Shown: positions 51,991 through 64,000 of the stretch, piece after piece | Layout: the number at the start of each line of letters is the position of its first letter | Numbering within the stretch: position 1 is the first letter of the stretch | DNA from: Glycera tridactyla | Lineage: Eukaryota | Assembly (NCBI GenBank): GCA_965644265.1 | Contig: OZ286462.1 | Span: 38,378,001-38,442,000 of the forward strand | Reading direction: 5' to 3' | Length of the DNA stretch: 64,000 bases | The notes under the pieces: generated by a model | Databases searched by the model: none | The model's input: the letters and a program-made list of their open reading frames with translations, nothing else | What the model was told of the DNA's origin: nothing | Program-made: the position numbers and the translations under genes

Positions 51991-54900
51991 AAAACATGAT
52001 GGTATCACTGACCTTTGCCACGACCTTGTCCACTGACCTCACTTGAGGTGAATATGCAAACACCTTAATGGTATACTGATGGACTCTCGTGATCATTTTC
52101 TGATAGAGTGTCCTTAAAGGTCGCTAAACAGTTGCTCCTACCTGTTACATCCATTCAACATCAATGTCACGTTGAAAGAATGGCACACTCAAGCTGAGCA
52201 TGAGCAGATCAACAAACCAAAAGCTCAAGACAGGAGACAAGAAGCAAATATATGGGTATCCATTCAGTCTGATCTCTCTGAATAGCTCCATCAGGTCAAA
52301 AATGATCTCAATAGATAACTAAATTCATTCACATCAATAGTTTCGAATGCATTGCCTGCAAAAATATTCAATGCCACTCAGCAGTCCTTGGATCTGAATA
52401 TGATTGTGGTCAGGTGAGTGAGAAAGTACAGAGTGAGAGCGGGGACATGTATTCATGGGACCTGACTAACCTCTATGCACGGGGAAACCAATCGACAGGA
52501 GCCATCACATTCAGCTATGATATCATTCCAAACAGCTGTAATGTGGTGATTTAGATGGCAAACATGGACCCACATAATCCCATCTTTGGAGAGGTCCAAT
52601 GATTCAATATTTGTTACGATTAGAGGAGTATGACATTAGAGGCAGATGAATCACAGCCAGAAATCTTGATTTGGAGTCTAAAGAAATCTTCGAATGTGAG
52701 TTTGTTCATTAGATGTGCACAAATTGAACCTCCCTTGGTGTTATTTTTTTCTCTGCAAATTGGATGAGCTGTGTGAGAAAACAGAGATAACAGCAAAAAA
52801 TGATATCGCAGAAAGGATATCAAATGTCTATATGCCATGAAGACAATGGACGAAGATGATAAATAAATGTTAGTCTACCACTGATAAAAATACCTTCTAT
52901 TGGTGGTCGACCCCACTCCATTCAGAACATGAAAATACACATACAAGTATAAGAATATAGGGTTCGAAATTCAGGAATTTATGACCAACCATGATCAAAT
53001 CTCCAATCCAAAACAGCAATAACAGCAGTACAAGGGCCATAAGAGTCTCCTTAAAGCTCCTATCACAATCACACCAAATATATGTCATTGAAAGATGCTA
53101 ACCTGTCCCATCAGGCATCAATGCTTTAGGTTGAGACATTCTACAGACTATACCAATGATCAGTTATTGATTGTACCTCAGATTCCGATAAAATGAACTT
53201 GCGAAAATATGAAATATCCTGAGGCATGATCCATGTGTTTACCAAACCTATCATTTACTACGGCAGTTCAACTGTCACCAAGATATGGTATTGAAGTGGT
53301 CTTTCTGGAGAGATGGTCCCTCATAGAAGGAATATGTCCCTCTACCAACTGGAGCTATTTTGACAAAAAGATTTTGCATTGAAGATTTCATCTTTTGTCG
53401 GCATGACTTTTGTAATACTGATGCACTTTCAATTTTGCATTCGAAAGAACTCCGTGAATAGGACACATCAAAAGAGTGATAGTCAGTTAAGAGCACATTA
53501 GAAACGAGAGCAAAAATATATTCAGTGTAATGCAATATATTTTGTGGTGAACTCTCTATAACCAGACAGAGAAACTGATTCTGGATTTAATGAGCTTACG
53601 TGGGATTAAACCGGCTTTGATGACATGACAGTTTCCGTCGCCTAATGATCTAAAGACTTTGCTACCGAAAAAAAAAAATCGAGCTCGCTTGTAGCTGACA
53701 ACAGCCCTTTGCTGACAATGCCGCTGTGTAAGCGCGATAGGAGAAGTGACGACAACGGGGAAGTGGCCGCGGTTTAGATGAGGCTCAGAGATTACATAGC
53801 AGAGTGTCTCCATGCAATCAACGAACTAACCAAATGCTGATGAAGCCAACTAGAGTCTGCTTCTAATCAAATGACCATTGGCCAGTTGCAACATGCCACA
53901 ACCACTCAGCTGATCGAAACACTCAACATTGTCCGAATACCACTTAAATTGCGAGAATCCCACAAACACTGCCCCCCCCCCCCCTCGTGACATTCAGAAG
54001 TATTCATCATTTCCTCCACAGAAATTTTACCGATTTTGATCAAACATACAGGTGTAGATTCCAAACCAAAAGTCAATGATATTGGATTGAAAGAAGCCAC
54101 ATATGTCTCTAATGGTTTGCTTACCGAGTAGTGATACTACAATTTTCACGATATAAATGAAATTCAAAACACAAAGTCTTATAGTTTTATACGTCTGAGT
54201 GAACTGATTGACTGTATCATATGAGAGATTGCCAAGAATGTTTTATATATGTTTTTGAGCTCAAGCAAGAATCATATAGTCATTTAACTTTCTTGAGCAA
54301 GATTGAATAAAGTTTTCAAATTCAAATCAAAGCTTTGTATGGTGTGAATTTCTTGATTTCACACTCAAGCTGAACATGTATGGGGAAATCTGAGGGAACT
54401 CAAAGTGATGAAGTATTTTTTGGTAAAAATATTTCCCCCCAAATCCCCAAAACATGATGCTCATGAACCAATGATGACTAAACATCCTGAAGAACACCAT
54501 ACATAAAATCTTCCAAAATATGTGGAAACACACCGCAACATATCACCAAGGTGGCTTCCCGAAATTCGACTTTCTGAACAGGTGACCCCTTGTCAGGATA
54601 ATGATTGATTGATTGAAAGTTTGATGGCAGGTATCAACCAAAAAGGTTTACGTATGCTGTGTGTTCCCGGTTCATGTACAAACCCTCAACACAAGATGAT
54701 GGCAAATCACTCTACTTGATTGTGAAACAGTTGAACGCTATCCATTCACACCTGGGTAAAGTGGATTGGTGGAGTTTTGTGTGGATCCTGAATATCATAA
54801 AAGATCTGGGTGCTGGCAAAGTTCATGATCAATCATGATCAATCTTATCTGAGTAAGAGTCCTATGGCTGCTGCATAATAATACATCATTGAGAAAATGA

Positions 54901-55609
54901 GAGATTGCAACACCTGAACCCAGTGCATGCTGACTGGGATATCAGACTGGTTGTGTGTATGGGAGTATATTCCGGTATACAAATAAGCGAACAAATAATG
55001 CCCTTTGCAAAGAGTTGAGCATTACTCGACCCCAACCCCGTGCCTCTTTTCTCCAGCATTTTCAGTCAGATATGACATGAACAGATTGGAAGAAAGTTAA
55101 ACCCAGACAGACTGCACTATCTGACACATTCACCATGGTAAATATCATAACACAAATTTGGAATTTTCACTCAGATGTCAGTGGACAAAATCCTGTGGCA
55201 GATGCAAATGGGGTGATATCAATATCCTCAAACCAGACAATTCAGCATCACACAGTTATCCGCACCTTCTCTCCAGCAATCTCTGGCCGATTCTGTTGAT
55301 GGTGAATGTTTATTGTGTTACCATAGAGATGATGAATTCGGGGAAGGCACTCAATTGTTAGATGAAGGGAGTGCACCGGAGAGATGTCTATCGTTGGCTT
55401 ATAGCCTATCATCACATCCGATCTCAACAAAAGCCTCCTGAAGACATCGGTCTTCTCTCAGCATGGTAAACATCTACCCAAAGAACTTGGAATTCCCAGT
55501 GTTGATTCAACCTTTTGGATGGTGTAACCCCTTCTGATCAGTTAGCATTTGAGAAGACCATATTTTGAATGTATGAACACCTCAACCCATTAGTTGTTAA
55601 ACACATATC

Positions 55610-55770
55610 CAGTTGAACCTCCTCTAAAGACCACCTCTCTATAAAGGCCATCCTGAGCAGGGACCGTGGTGATATTTTCAACAGTAAATGACCTCTCTGT
55701 AAAGACCACCTACCTATAAAGGCCACTCTCTGATGTGACCAAAGGTGGTCTTTATAGAGAGGTTCTACTG
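55610..55770. mobile_element. CAGT-TIR MITE, subfamily 1
   Basis: CAGTTGAACCTC...GAGGTTCTACTG|TA; core aligns with 514-676. Confidence 0.85.
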
Positions 55771-56399
55771 TATTTGGCATGTGAGTGCCATAGAAAAGGA
55801 ACTAACCGTTACTTGCCCTGTAACACACATGTCTTATAAATATATAGTACATGTACTGCTAAATGAGAGATGACATCATTGTGGTTCTACAGGGAAACTT
55901 TCATCATCGAAGTTTTAACTCTAGAAAGATCAGCATGCATGCATGCACCCATGCATGCGTGTGTGAGAGAGTTGAAAATTCATCATCTGACTGCTTGACT
56001 ATCACAGTGGGACACTTGATGAAAATCCCTGTGATGAGACCATTTGTATCAAAAGACCATTTCACAAACTATTTAGGATGGTCTCTTATCACAGGTTCCA
56101 ATCTACTCAATGATTTTAGCATGTTGTTATTCTATGATGTTATTCTATGATGTTATTCTATGATGTTTTGAAATTTGTCAGCTTGGGTTTGTTAACATCC
56201 CTGTATACGTCAGTACCTCTATGCTGGTGAAGAATGGGTGGGGACCATCACAAATACAGCTGAACTGCAGGTCATCACCAAGGTGATTGTCCTAGTCTCA
56301 TTTATGACATCACAATACTCAGTGTCATGGCCAACCTTATGGTGTCCCATTGTGCAATCTGTTTCATGAATGATGGGGGTTTTTACCTAGGAGGTATGA

Positions 56400-56542
56400 A
56401 GACCACCTGCCTATAAAGACCGCCCTAAGCTGCGACCGTGATAGTATTTTCAACTGTAAATGACCTCTCTATAAAGACCACCTGCCCATGAAGACCCCTT
56501 TTTGATGCGACCGAAGGCGGTCTTTATAGACAGGTTTGACTG
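56400..56542. mobile_element. 5'-truncated CAGT-TIR MITE, subfamily 1
   Basis: Core CTAAGCTGCGACCGTGATAGTATTTTCAACTGTAAATGACCTCTCTATAAAGACCACC and right TIR CAGGTTTGACTG|TA. Confidence 0.8.
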
Positions 56543-57988
56543 TAGTATTCATGACGTCATCATGCTCAGTGCCACTGCCAACCTTCACAAAGAAGTTTTT
56601 CGATGTACTCCCTCTGATCCTGGATATTCGGCCCAAAGTGTTGAAAAATCTTAATTTTATCTGAAGATGAAGAATTTCCCATTTCCTCAATATTGTGCTG
56701 AGAACCAAGTTGAAACCAGGTTCCACTGAGACCAGGCACTGCTTTTTTTTGCCCTATTTATTTTGACAGTGTAATAATCATTATTAAATTATAGAGTGTA
56801 CACTATTATGAGCCTTCTCTGAAAGTGAATGAACCATTCAAATGAAGTATTTGTTTGCTCATCAAACACACACATCAAAGCCAGATGATTCCGATGAATA
56901 TTTCAGAATATCACAAAGTTTAAAATGCATCTCTCTATTATGCTACTTCTTGGAATAGATAAATATTGTCGTTCTCTCTTGCAGCACATATAATGACATT
57001 TACAAATTTCATTATCATCATGCAAATAAAAAGCACTTTCATCAAGACAGGATATAAAATCATCACACATCTCCATAAGAACAACACATAACAAATACAT
57101 GAGACTTACCCTACATTATATTCACTCATTTCCATGGGAACCTACTCAAATATATGTGATAGCATCTCATTTATTATTTGCACTCATCAGGCAATAATAC
57201 CGCCAGAAGGTAAGATTATCATGTGATAAAAATTGTGTCTGGAGCGCTTCTGTGACTTTTCTCATGGTAATTCGCCATCTTGTGCCATCTCATAATGAAC
57301 ATTCTTGGCACTAAATTGTAGTTGCCTTACTCGGCTTCGAGCATTATGAGGATGCCAGTGCTTTTTCCATGACACATCATCAGCAACCCATCAGATGGGT
57401 TTTTGTTTGTAGCTAAGATAAATGAGCTTTACAAAGAACAGGAATTCCAAAGTTATGAGTAGAATGATTGATTAATTGGTTGGTGCTTAACAGCGCATAA
57501 CAATCCAGAGGTTCATGAATACTATATGTTTCTGGTTTATGAAATCTGCAGGCAACACTCTCACAAACCCCCAACACATGATCAGGAAATAATGCATATG
57601 TTGAAAATAATTCCTGGACATTCTTTGAAAGCATGATCACCATTTGAGACATGGCTGGATATCAATCAATTGCAAAAAAGAAAAACAGTATGTCTTGAAA
57701 AACAATCAGCAGCCATCCAACTCGTTTGTTGTGTTTTGTTGCAGAGGCACTTCCTCAAGATGGATATGTAGGATTATCCTATCTTCAGACTAATATTTTT
57801 CTATCTTTCTCATCCAAATAATGTGTGTCTTCTCAGCAATGAAGGTTCAAAAGACTTTATCCTAAGATGAGCATCTCGACTGGTTAAATCGATCGTACTG
57901 GCATATGCTGGTTCCTGTCATGTGATTTACGGAGGCCAATAACCTTTCAACATGATGGAATGAGCTTATGACTTTCACCATTGCCGGA

Positions 57989-58090
57989 ACAAAGATGATA
58001 AATGACTCGTGTTTACAAATTCAGTTGGTGTTACATCGTCACAAAGATGATAAATGACTCGTGTTTACAAATTCAGTTGGTGTTACATCG
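57989..58090. repeat. 52-bp perfect tandem duplication
   Basis: ACAAAGATGATAAATGACTCGTGTTTACAAATTCAGTTGGTGTTACATCG occurs twice. Confidence 0.95.
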
Positions 58091-58379
58091 GCGCTATCCT
58101 GAGATGAATGATCAGGCACTGAGCAGATGCTTGAGTGAACAACCTGGAAGCATCAAGCAGGAAGTAGCTATCAGCCGAGCACTCCACTCAACCTTGAAGA
58201 TAAGACTCTCCTCCTCGGTGTTGGCGAGCACTTTCACAACTCATCGGTTGCTCACTCAAATCAAGACCAACATGCCATTAGAGACCAACAGGTGCCCACA
58301 GGAAATGACCATTATGGCCAGATAAGTGGGTAGCGGAGCTCGACAACGAGCAAAATGCCATCGTCTGCCACTTTGAAGG

Positions 58380-59285
58380 TCATAAGACACAACCAAGGGC
58401 AGCATTTCAATAAACCCGCATCTATAGGCTGACCGGGAATCGAGCCATTACTTGTAGTAGCCATTAGATGTAGCACAAATCGAAGACATTTGATTTTGCA
58501 GGTTATTGCTCGACATATTTCAGATGGCCTTGCCTATGTCAGAAGTCCTTGATGACCTCACAAATCTCCAAGGATGACTTTCGCCTTGTATGTACACCAG
58601 ATCTGGTAGATGAGCATACTCAGAACTAATGGATTTTTCTCTCATTTTGAAATCTTCCCTCCAAGCGATATGTAATACCATTCCCACCTCATATATGAAG
58701 TACACATGGCCTCTGTATCACAGCTCATATGTGATAATTCTCAGTCATGTCAAAAACCATCAGACCACTCTCTAAATTCACCGCAATTTGTCTGAGCATA
58801 TTACCCCACTTCATGAGATGGGTTTGCGGAGCATCTAGATCAACACCAGTCTGGGGTCCAGACTGAACTACTGTACTAGTCTTTAAATCTTGGGGCTGGC
58901 AAGCCAATTATGTGAACAGAGTAGTGGCCCACCCAGATAATTGGGCATATGGGCTCAGAGGACCGCTATGAGATGCATCAAAATGGCTGAGCATCCCTGG
59001 AATCTGACACTTCTTGAACCCTCACTGCTTCTTCAAAGCACCTTTATATCAACCCTATCAAATAATACAGTTTGAACTAGAGCTATCTGTAGGGGCAAAT
59101 GAATACCCCCACCCTGCTTGTGCACTAATATTGTTAGAGATGAACTGGATAATTTGATTGGTGGAAAGAACATCATGGTATTGGTTTCGGCAATTCCAAT
59201 CTTTGTTTGACTCACAATTTGAAGCACAGCAGCCCTGAAGTCTGTACTCGGAATTCCACGAAGGGATCTTCCTCTATTTATGGAA
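58380..59285 (-). pseudogene. Highly decayed LINE APE-endonuclease region
   Basis: Minus-strand motifs in APE order: TKIGIAET and KQGGGIHL (ORF 59033-59293), LGG-DFK (~58660, needs a frameshift), KYVEQ..KSNVFDLCY (~58500) and IPGQ (~58440). Confidence 0.5.
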
Positions 59286-59490
59286 GTACTCATGTGATTG
59301 GCTACTCTTCATGGGAGTACTCATGTGATTGGCTACTCTTCATGGGAGTACTCATGTGATTGGCTACTCTTCATGGGAGTACTCATGTGATTGGCTACTC
59401 TTCATGGGAGTACTCATGTGATTGGCTACTCTTCATGGGAGTACTCATGTGATCGGCTACTCTTCATGGGAGTACTCATGTGATTGGCTA
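59285..59490. repeat. 31-bp minisatellite, ~6.6 copies
   Basis: Unit AGTACTCATGTGATTGGCTACTCTTCATGGG starting at 59285, 59316, 59347, 59378, 59409, 59440 and 59471 (partial). Confidence 0.97.
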
Positions 59491-60404
59491 TCATCTAGTA
59501 TGATGAATTGTTAAGAGTGTTATATCTAGGTCAGCATAAGGGGACCTATACTAAGGCTTGAAGTTGCTCCGATCCAGAAATTGCCCCAATCAGTGTGAAA
59601 CGGATGCAGTACATTTGAGGCCAGTAGTATTTAGGCCAGAGTCATCCCAAATATTGGTGATCAAAGTCACTCTCCCTTGAGAAAAGTCGTGAAAATCATT
59701 TCAACGATCATTCCAAAGTGAGCAAATTTCATGTTCATTAGGGTGACAGTTTTTGCATTGAGCAGGCATATTGGTGTCAGCCTTGATTATGTAGATTCCG
59801 GCTTCAACCATTTTTGGCATGCAGGAAACACAACTTGAAATTATCCTCAATGACTCAGTAGACAGTAATCATCCCGTGAATATTTTAGTTTCAACAGAGA
59901 GCAGATGCAAGAACATCTACAGTTTGTTTTTCAGGAAGTCCCCCTATCTACACAACTTCACTAGCAACTCAGGTCTATTCAAAGTGAACCAACTATAGTT
60001 TCTGCTAAAGCAACATACTTCGAATATAAAAGTCCATGACATGAGCATGTACTAATTAATTTCTAGCAGAGATAAGACATGCAATCCTCTTCTCTTCACT
60101 GGAAACATGCTAAACCATCTTCAGAACTTTCAACACTCAACACTCATTTGATTCCATCATGCGAGAAATAACAATTACCTTGATTTGATGGTAGTCCTTC
60201 GTTGCAGCTCAGATCAACTTGATGGGCAGCATCTTATTTGCTTTGCCAGGTTCAAAAGCCTAATATCCAAACTTCTTTCAACACACTAGATTCTCAAATC
60301 TATCCATCACTGGCAACATCTCCTGTTAAAGGATAGTACACACACATATCCACTAATGACGCCGTTCCATTGATTGATTGATTGATTTGTGGTCTCTCTC
60401 ACAG

Positions 60405-61060
60405 CATAGATCAACTGGTGGAATTATGCATGCTGTCATTCCTGATCAATGAAACCTGGATGCCCCGTCCCCTGCCAGCATCACTCTCACAAACCCCATA
60501 GTGACATGATAGGGAATCAGAAAGCTACTCACCTGGAGGTAGCTGACCATTCAGACACACCTTCACACATATAACAAACAACTAAGTAACTAGTTGATGG
60601 ATCTCTAATAAGGGTACTAGCTATATGCTGACTCTCTAGCTTGAGAAACTGCTTTCACTTTGAAGCAAGTGGAGTACTCAGAATAAGACACTGCGTTAGG
60701 TTCAAGAAATACTCAGGGAACGTCTTTAATTATGCATTGTCAGCACTGTCTGACACATCAAAGTCTCCATGGCAATAAGTGAGCACTGTCCCCTGCCAGC
60801 ATCACTCTCACTATCCCCATAGACAAGATGGTGGGGAGTCAGAAAAGTCGTCAACTGGAGGTAGCTGAAAGTTCAGACATATCTTCCCATGCATAGCAAA
60901 TAACTGATGAACCTTTTGATGGCATACCTAACAAAGTAACTGACACTCCAACTTGAGAACAAAGCACAGGACTGTACTCAAAATAAAAAGCTGCTTTGAG
61001 TTTAGAGATTACTCAAGGAATGTTGTCAGTTATGCAGTGTCCACACTGTTTGACACATTG
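60405..61060. repeat. Tandem pair (B1 ~60405-60765, B2 ~60786-61060) of the same diverged repeat as A1/A2
   Basis: GTCCCCTGCCAGCATCACTCTCAC at 60467 and 60788, and CTGGAGGTAGCTGA..TTCAGACA in both; homologous to 1766-2048 and 2590-2883. Confidence 0.75.
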
Positions 61061-61736
61061 CAGTGAGTGAGTGTACTATTTCTGACAGCTTCATTCCATT
61101 GATTAGCTGTGATCCACATCTCAATGGATATACCACCATGGGTGGCATGCGAGCAAACAGAAGGGCAGTCTCACTATGTTGACCTCATCCCAGAACAACC
61201 CTACTTCCAGGATCAGCTCCACATATATATCTGCTACTCAAGGCATATATTTCTCCGTTTTCATGTGAATTGTGGGCCACTCTCTCAGATACGAATAAAA
61301 GCATTCAAACCACTGTGGATACAGAGGCAAGTTGTGATTTTCATGTCATATATGCTCCAAACTCCAGCATAATAGTGATTTATGAATTTGACACATACAC
61401 TGACTTCAGTTCATCCATGGTTGGTTGGTTGGTTGGTTGGTCTTGTGTCCTTATGCAGCCACTTTGTGACCTAATATCAATTGTATGGAAAAGTTGACAT
61501 TGTAGAGAAGTGGCATTTTGTGGATCGGTGGTCGTAGGGATAGATTTGACTCTATACTACAACCACGAATCCATCATGTTCCACAAAATATCTGGGCATC
61601 TGGACTCATGATCATTCATCCTGGAAGAGCTTGAAGAGAACCGACTTCTCTGTTGGAAATAGTGCTAGAAATATTGAAAGCTTAGGCAATCTTTGCCTAC
61701 CATCATTTCATTGACATTTGAATGCATTCACAAATA

Positions 61737-61912
61737 CAGTAAAACCTGCTATAGGGTAATCCTGTCCACAGTGAAATCCTGTCTACAGTGAAAAGAAAAA
61801 TCTGGCCCGAACGTTTTTTTAAAACTATAATTGACTCATATATAGTGAAATCTTGTCTACAGTGAAAAGAAAAATCTGGTCCGTGACTTTTCACTATAGA
61901 CAGGTTTTACTG
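61737..61912. mobile_element. TA-flanked CAGT-TIR MITE, subfamily 3
   Basis: TA|CAGTAAAACCTG...CAGGTTTTACTG|TA with an internal duplicated AGTGAAATC.TGTCTACAGTGAAAAGAAAAATCTGG. Confidence 0.9.
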
Positions 61913-63374
61913 TACTTGATAGGGAATGTACATAGGTATAAGAAGACTCCACTTACGAGCAATGTCTCTCAAAATATTGCTTGTGAACTGTTCCTGTGGG
62001 TTTCCTAAAATTCATGTTATTCGCAAGCTTTCATCATCGAGTGTCTAGGGATGATTCAGGAAGGTTGACATAACCGTTCTGAGAAGTAAAGATATGAGAG
62101 CTCATAAAATAGATCTAATCCATCTGTCACCATCCATTTTACGAACTTGACATTTTCCTTTAAGCCAGCGCTGGCTATCAATGTTTATATGCTGGGCAGC
62201 AATCTATACCACATGGAATAGATCATCCCTGTGACAGAAATGAGAAATTCATCAACAATATGGCTCATCTTGTTTTGGAGGTGTTTTGTATGTGGAAGAT
62301 AGAACAGAAAGGAAAACAACAGCTCATCCTACTATATCTGTTTACAATTGAATTTTGTCAGGTTAATGTCTTTATAATCTTCCAATAGCAAATAATATTA
62401 TCAAGTCTGTCTTGGACACTTTGGTTCCCATCTATCAAATGACAAATATCATGGATAACATCCTCAATATTTCCACCATTATTCACATAACCTGGCCATT
62501 ACGATGACATATCCAGCCACAGATGGACTGACATTTTTTGCGACAGAATGTGGCAACAGGGCTTACTTTATTGAATCACTTTGATGGATTGCTAGGACAT
62601 CTCTCTGCCCACGTCTTCCTAATCGTATCTGTGTGGTCAGTCAAGAGAGAGGGAAAAAAAATATTGCGACCGCACTGCAGGGTCGTGAAGGCTGCACAAC
62701 TATTAGAAGTGTACCAGAGAAGTACATTAAAACTTCGCCTTCTTTCGATGTCCTCGGCCACTGAGGTGTATAATAGAATCACCTCTTGACACTTGAATAT
62801 CATCTCATGGAGATTAGTTCATCATAAGCATGATGGTGAAAGTCCTAGCAAACATCGGCAATACCATTGGTACTGAGAAATTGCAGGCCAATAGTGGTAA
62901 AATGCTAAGTCACAAAACAATACACAATCATTATTCCTGACACCTTCATTGGATATATGGAACACAAACTGAAATCCAAATGTAAGGAATCACACTGGAA
63001 GTGAGTCATCAATTGAGGCTGAAAATAAGGTGAGTTTGGAAGCCTTGATCAATAACACAGTTCAGGCTCATAACCGCAAAAATTTATTACACCACGGAAT
63101 AATACCTATTGATTCATTGCCGGATATGAATTGAATCATATTTGCTTAACACACTCACTATCACGCATGATTCTACTGGTATTTCCTTGGGGGGTGTCAC
63201 AATGATTTTTCATTCAAATTAAACTGAATGATTTACAACTAGTGTGAATGATTATATTCATGACATTTGATAACTGCTCTGCTATGTAGTGACTAGTACA
63301 TCAGACTCACTTTCATATTGTGTCATATGACGTGGATGTCCATTTGATAATGCAGAGTGAGTGGGTGAAAGTGG

Positions 63375-64000
63375 ATAGACATCAGGAGAAAGACATACAG
63401 AAACAGAGATGGACAGTGAAACAGAGAAACACACAGAAGGAGCAAAAGACAAACAAAGATAGACAGACTAACAGGCAAGAGAAAGGGAGNNNNNNNNNNN
63501 NNNNNNNNNNNNNNNNNNNNNNNNNNNNNNNNNNNNNNNNNNNNNNNNNNNNNNNNNNNNNNNNNNNNNNNNNNNNNNNNNNNNNNNNNNNNNNNNNNNN
63601 NNNNNNNNNNNNNNNNNNNNNNNNNNNNNNNNNNNNNNNNNNNNNNNNNNNNNNNNNNNNNNNNNNNNNNNNNNNNNNNNNNNNNNNNNNNNNNNNNNNN
63701 NNNNNNNNNNNNNNNNNNNNNNNNNNNNNNNNNNNNNNNNNNNNNNNNNNNNNNNNNNNNNNNNNNNNNNNNNNNNNNNNNNNNNNNNNNNNNNNNNNNN
63801 NNNNNNNNNNNNNNNNNNNNNNNNNNNNNNNNNNNNNNNNNNAATTCACTAGCAACACAGATAGACAGACAAACACACAGAGGGAGCAAAAGACAGACAA
63901 AGACAGAGACAAACAGGCAGAAGAGAGAGTAGGAGAGAGACAGGATACAAAGAGAGAGGGAGAAAGTCAGATAGACAGACACACACACAAGGACAGATGC
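63375..64000. repeat. Degenerate (GA/CAGA)n low-complexity tract spanning an N gap
   Basis: Directly visible. Confidence 0.9.

Noticed and set aside
51908-52096. HQYTIKVFAYS resembling a fibronectin type III strand
   Set aside because: Single short motif with no other FN3 hallmarks (Trp, Leu-x-Pro) and no supporting neighbouring exons.

Overview
This is AT-rich animal genomic DNA from a fragmented short-read assembly (six N gaps). The repeat families suggest a marine invertebrate, but that is inference. There is no rRNA, intact tRNA or CRISPR, and no host protein-coding gene I can identify with confidence. The window is mostly transposon-derived: one apparently intact minus-strand CR1-group (L2/Crack/Daphne-like) LINE at about 23.3-29.05 kb, three decayed minus-strand LINE remnants, about ten TA-flanked CAGT-TIR MITEs, Helentron-like (HINE/DINE-type) and foldback elements, a tRNA-headed SINE, and micro- and minisatellites. 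The most unusual object is the intact LINE. Its ORF1 and ORF2 are separated by a ~1.3 kb spacer containing: (i) a YY1/CCAAT promoter-like block; (ii) a 26-nt inverted copy of part of the 5' UTR, so the pair brackets ORF1; (iii) three homologous stem modules, two showing a compensatory base-pair change and the third closing just before ORF2; (iv) a chain of short upstream ORFs. ORF2 starts with a virus-like 2A (StopGo) peptide, DIEKNPGP. Together these suggest an elaborate, possibly undescribed mechanism for expressing ORF2; this is a hypothesis from sequence only. All alignments and folds were done by eye.
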